Of a stretch of DNA of 64,000 nt, positions 60,592 through 64,000 are shown piece after piece; the stretch's first letter is position 1; every line of letters starts with the position of its first letter. The stretch is taken from positions 320,001-384,000 of the forward strand of contig CBDCTA010000022.1 of assembly GCA_965221955.1 (NCBI GenBank), written 5' to 3'. The translations under genes and the position numbers were made by a program. Source of the stretch: Gammaproteobacteria bacterium. Lineage in GTDB: Bacteria; Pseudomonadota; Gammaproteobacteria; UBA4575. The notes beneath the pieces were generated by a model. It saw only the letters and a list, made by a program, of their open reading frames with translations, was not told where the DNA came from and ran no database searches.

Positions 60592-62172
60592 TTAAATTGT
60601 TTCCGAAATCAGTAATAGAACAACCACTAAAGATAAACTTGCTTTTATAAAGCCGACAATGCCGCCTATTACCGCAGGTTGTCCGCCTGCTTGTCGCATT
60701 GCAGAAACAGTAATTTGCATACCGAGTCCTACGAGCCCAAAAGCAAATAGCCAGGTAATCCAGTTTCTGAATGCCTTAATTTTTTTCGCAGTATGGCGCA
60801 CAGACTTATGTGCTTTTTTAAGAATTTCATTTGCTGGTTTTGATAAAACCTTTGCATTAACCAAGCCGCGCAATACATCGTCATCATCAATACTCATGAC
60901 CTTGCCATGTTGAATCAACTGTTGAAGCGCCTGTTTTCGATCTTGTCTTTGGACTTTAGTAACTTCGTTGCTTAATACACTTTTACTTTCATTGCTTAAA
61001 AGATTTTCAGACTTAAACCCACTCTCTTCCGTATTGCCAAAATATTTACCTTTATAATGATTCGCGGGTGCAAATATTCCTGTGGTTGAAAGCGCAAAAA
61101 GTAAAATAAAGCCCAAGACAAATATTGGAAACTTTTCAAAAACGACTTTAGCAACGTTTACTTGTTGTGTTGCTTTATCTTCACGTTTTACATACCAAAC
61201 GGATAACCATAAAACGATGATAGGTAAAACAAGTACACGTGTAATATTAAATATCTCAGCAACTTTTAGTGTTTCAATGCCATCAGGTTGGTAGGCTAAT
61301 GCAGCGCCGGCTACTTGTGCAGAGTTTAAAATTCCGGTACCGGCCCAAGCCCCAAATTGCACATGGGATAAGTTGAGCAAATGTCCAATGATGGGAAAGA
61401 TGAACATACACAGCACGCCCCATAACAAGATGGTGCCAATGGTGTAAGCGATTTCTACAGACTTGGCTTTAACTACAGGTGCGGCAGCAACCGTAGCTGA
61501 AACACCACAAACCCCCATGCCTGCTGACAAGACGCCACCCATGGAGTTAGGAATTTTTCTTCGTGCCCCTAGCCATAAAACCAGACCCACCGAGCCCAAC
61601 ACAAAAAATCCAATCATGACGATCGAGAGGCCGCCAAGATTTTTTAACTCTGCTGCACTATAAAGTGTACCTAGCAAGATCACACCGGTTTTTAAACCCA
61701 GGCGTGAAAGACGCACCCCATTTTCTGCCCAACCAGGAATTTTAAATACATTAACAACAATGATGCCGACTAAGATGCCTAATACAACATAATTTAAACC
61801 AAGTATTTCGTGTATAAATTTTCCTGTATTACCCACTTTGCCCATTCCTTTACCAAGCACAGCAATCTCAGGGGCAACAAACCAACGTACTACCATTGAA
61901 ATCAAAAGAATAAACATGGCACCTGCAATCGTGGAAAGGTAATAGTCACATGTGCCCTCTTTATGCTTGCCTAGCCATTGCCAAAGGCCAAAAATGATAG
62001 AGAAGGCCCCGAAATAAAGAGGTAGAGTAGTCAGTTCATTAAAATATTTATATTTTTCACCACCGAGGTGATGAATATAGGTCGATAGGAGATCAGCACT
62101 GGAAAGATACCAAATAGCCAACATGATGAGCCCAATGATAAATAAGGCCGGAGATTTTTTTGTATAGACCAT
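60592..62172 (-). CDS. YeiH / putative sulfate exporter (PSE) family membrane protein
   Basis: LKTGVILLG, GVCGVSATVA, FGAWAGT, FPIFVLGF and GLGMQI; multi-TM. Confidence 0.85.
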   Translation of the reverse strand: MVYTKKSPALFIIGLIMLAIWYLSSADLLSTYIHHLGGEKYKYFNELTTLPLYFGAFSIIFGLWQWLGKHKEGTCDYYLSTIAGAMFILLISMVVRWFVAPEIAVLGKGMGKVGNTGKFIHEILGLNYVVLGILVGIIVVNVFKIPGWAENGVRLSRLGLKTGVILLGTLYSAAELKNLGGLSIVMIGFFVLGSVGLVLWLGARRKIPNSMGGVLSAGMGVCGVSATVAAAPVVKAKSVEIAYTIGTILLWGVLCMFIFPIIGHLLNLSHVQFGAWAGTGILNSAQVAGAALAYQPDGIETLKVAEIFNITRVLVLPIIVLWLSVWYVKREDKATQQVNVAKVVFEKFPIFVLGFILLFALSTTGIFAPANHYKGKYFGNTEESGFKSENLLSNESKSVLSNEVTKVQRQDRKQALQQLIQHGKVMSIDDDDVLRGLVNAKVLSKPANEILKKAHKSVRHTAKKIKAFRNWITWLFAFGLVGLGMQITVSAMRQAGGQPAVIGGIVGFIKASLSLVVVLLLISETI

Positions 62173-62322
62173 GCAATACCCTTGTTATTTTTATTATTGA
62201 AATTTCAGCTATGCTAAATAAGAGCTATCACTGAGATGAGTATTATGGCTAAGAGTATAGCCACAAGTCTTATATCACAATCATAAACTTTCTATAAATA
62301 TTTTTTATTTGTTCTATTAAAA

Positions 62323-64000
62323 ATGCGTAATCAAGATTATGACGATATTGCAGTTGCCCGAAACACTTGCGGTACATGTTTTGAAAATATTTTAAAACGT
62401 CGCATAAGCCGTCGTACATTTTTACAAGGAATGTGTACTACAAGTACAACTCTTGCATTTACAAATGATGTGATAGGGGCTAATACGAATTCATCGCTTT
62501 CATTTTCAGAAATTGCACACGGCTTAGATGAAAATTTGCATATTCCTGAAGACTATTCTGTACAGGTGTTATTAAAGTGGGGTGATTCTTTATTTTCTAA
62601 TACAGATGAATTCAATCCTTATGATCAAAGTGCTACGTCGCAGTTAACACGCTTTGGTTATAACAATGATTTTGTAGCGTATATGCCAATCGGAAAATCT
62701 AACAACTCATCTACACATGGTTTGTTAATTGTGAATCATGAATATGTGAATAGTTCTTTGATGCATCCTGGTTCGCCTCATCCATTTGAATTAAGCCGTG
62801 AACAAGTTGATACGGAAATGGCAGCGCATGGCTTAAGCATCGTAGAAGTACAAAAAAAAGCTAAAACATGGAAGGTTAATTACCGTACTCAATACAATCG
62901 TCGTATAACGCCTTTAACTTCGATGCAGCTAGCAGGGCCGGCTCGTGGACATCCAAGAGTAAAAACTAAATTTTCACCAAAGGGTGAAATTTGCCTAGGA
63001 ACTTTTGGAAATTGTGCAGGAAGCATTACACCATGGGGAACCGTGCTGACTGCAGAAGAAAATATCCAAACTTATTTTATAGGTAAAGCGAAAAACACGA
63101 ATGAATATGAAAGCTACAAACGTTTTGGATTATTAGGTAGCAAAACGGCTTTGTCTGTGTGGGGTAAATACCATCCACCTTGGAACCTCAATCATCATCC
63201 TCAAGCAGCGATGCATGCGGGTTGGGTCGTAGAATTCGATCCTTATGATCCAAATTTTGTACCGATTAAACGTACTGCCTTAGGCCGTTGCAAACATGAG
63301 GGTTGTGGGGTGCATATTAATAAAGATGGCAGAGTAGTGATCTACATGGGAGATGATCAAATATTTGAATATGTTTATCGTTTTGTAAGTAAAAATAAAT
63401 ATCAGGCAGGTCAACAAAAACATAATCTATCGCTCTTAGACGAAGGTGAGCTTGCCGTTGCTGAATTTACGGATCAAGGTTCTATCATTTGGCATCCCTT
63501 GAAATATGGTAGCCGTCCGCATACCAAAGAAAATGGATTCAATAGCCAAGCAGATGTTGTGTTAGATTTGCGCAAAGCTGCCGATTTGGTTGGCGCCACA
63601 CCAATGGATAGGCCTGAAGAAATTAAAGTTAGCCCAAAATCTGGCAATGTGTTTGCAGTGCTTACGAATAATTTTAAACGTGATCCACTGCGTACTGATG
63701 CGGCAAATCCCCGGGCATTAAATCGCCATGGGCATATCCTAGAGCTCATTCCTCCCCAACAAGACCACAGTGCAAGAGAGTATAAGTGGGAAGTTTTTAT
63801 CTTGGCGGGCGATCCACAAAGCAAGTTGGATCGTGCTTATTACCATTCTCAGATTTCAGAAAATGGTTGGTTCTCTAATCCCGATAACTGCAGTTTTGAT
63901 GAAAATGGAAATCTTTGGATTGCTACCGACGGTTTTAATCGCTCAGGTAAAGCGGATGGTATCTGGATAAGTGCTACTGAAGGAAAAAATAAAGCACTTA
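62323..64000 (+). CDS. phoX: PhoX family alkaline phosphatase (DUF839), Tat-exported; 3' end beyond the window
   Basis: Open frame from ATG 62323: SRRTFL, FGYNNDF, VNHEY, NCAG..TPWGTVLTAEEN, RTALGRCKHE, GATPMDRPE, NPDN and WIATDG. Confidence 0.92.
   Translation, partial: MRNQDYDDIAVARNTCGTCFENILKRRISRRTFLQGMCTTSTTLAFTNDVIGANTNSSLSFSEIAHGLDENLHIPEDYSVQVLLKWGDSLFSNTDEFNPYDQSATSQLTRFGYNNDFVAYMPIGKSNNSSTHGLLIVNHEYVNSSLMHPGSPHPFELSREQVDTEMAAHGLSIVEVQKKAKTWKVNYRTQYNRRITPLTSMQLAGPARGHPRVKTKFSPKGEICLGTFGNCAGSITPWGTVLTAEENIQTYFIGKAKNTNEYESYKRFGLLGSKTALSVWGKYHPPWNLNHHPQAAMHAGWVVEFDPYDPNFVPIKRTALGRCKHEGCGVHINKDGRVVIYMGDDQIFEYVYRFVSKNKYQAGQQKHNLSLLDEGELAVAEFTDQGSIIWHPLKYGSRPHTKENGFNSQADVVLDLRKAADLVGATPMDRPEEIKVSPKSGNVFAVLTNNFKRDPLRTDAANPRALNRHGHILELIPPQQDHSAREYKWEVFILAGDPQSKLDRAYYHSQISENGWFSNPDNCSFDENGNLWIATDGFNRSGKADGIWISATEGKNKAL

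Noticed and set aside
62173-62322. Pho box upstream of phoX
   Set aside because: No convincing 11-bp-period CTGTCAT direct repeats.
63474-63970. ORFs 63474-63824 (-) and 63770-63970 (+)
   Set aside because: Both lie inside the phoX frame and are shadows of it.

Overview
AT-rich gammaproteobacterial chromosomal segment, probably from an uncultured marine or sediment lineage. A YeiH/PSE exporter-Usp block hints at sulfur oxidation (inference only). Most of the window is conserved housekeeping synteny: DUF4197-ampG-xth / pyrE-DUF4124 / argB-algC-dut-coaBC / radC; mscL-bioF-bioB / comF; ubiA-aroE-hemB-hemF-tsaC-topA-dprA-lysM / def-fmt-DUF4390-ntrY-ntrX-trkAH; pip-dtd-hisBHAFE-tatABC-gpmI; a porin; metY; a TlpA-DUF4266-DUF3570-ApbE flavinylation cluster; a patatin; aceEF-ald; YeiH-Usp; and a Tat-exported PhoX that runs off the right end and is absent from the ORF track. 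I recognised no rRNA, tRNA, CRISPR array, transposase or integrase. The most unusual signal is a family of 30-31 bp imperfect palindromes (approx. AATGTCCGCTT-TTGGCCGA-AAGCGGACATT, 11-8-11 architecture) at 49-78, 743-772, 16984-17013 and 17252-17282. They tightly bracket two orphan genes like cassette recombination sites, but are neither attC nor dif. Other notable items are four helically phased 18-bp palindromes upstream of the porin, a signal-less ApbE next to an SGAT-bearing outer-membrane barrel, two membrane microproteins missed by the ORF track, a one-base frameshift in fmt, and a catalytically intact ExoIII at the locus where Pseudomonas has crc. All assignments come from recognising motifs by eye; no searches were run.
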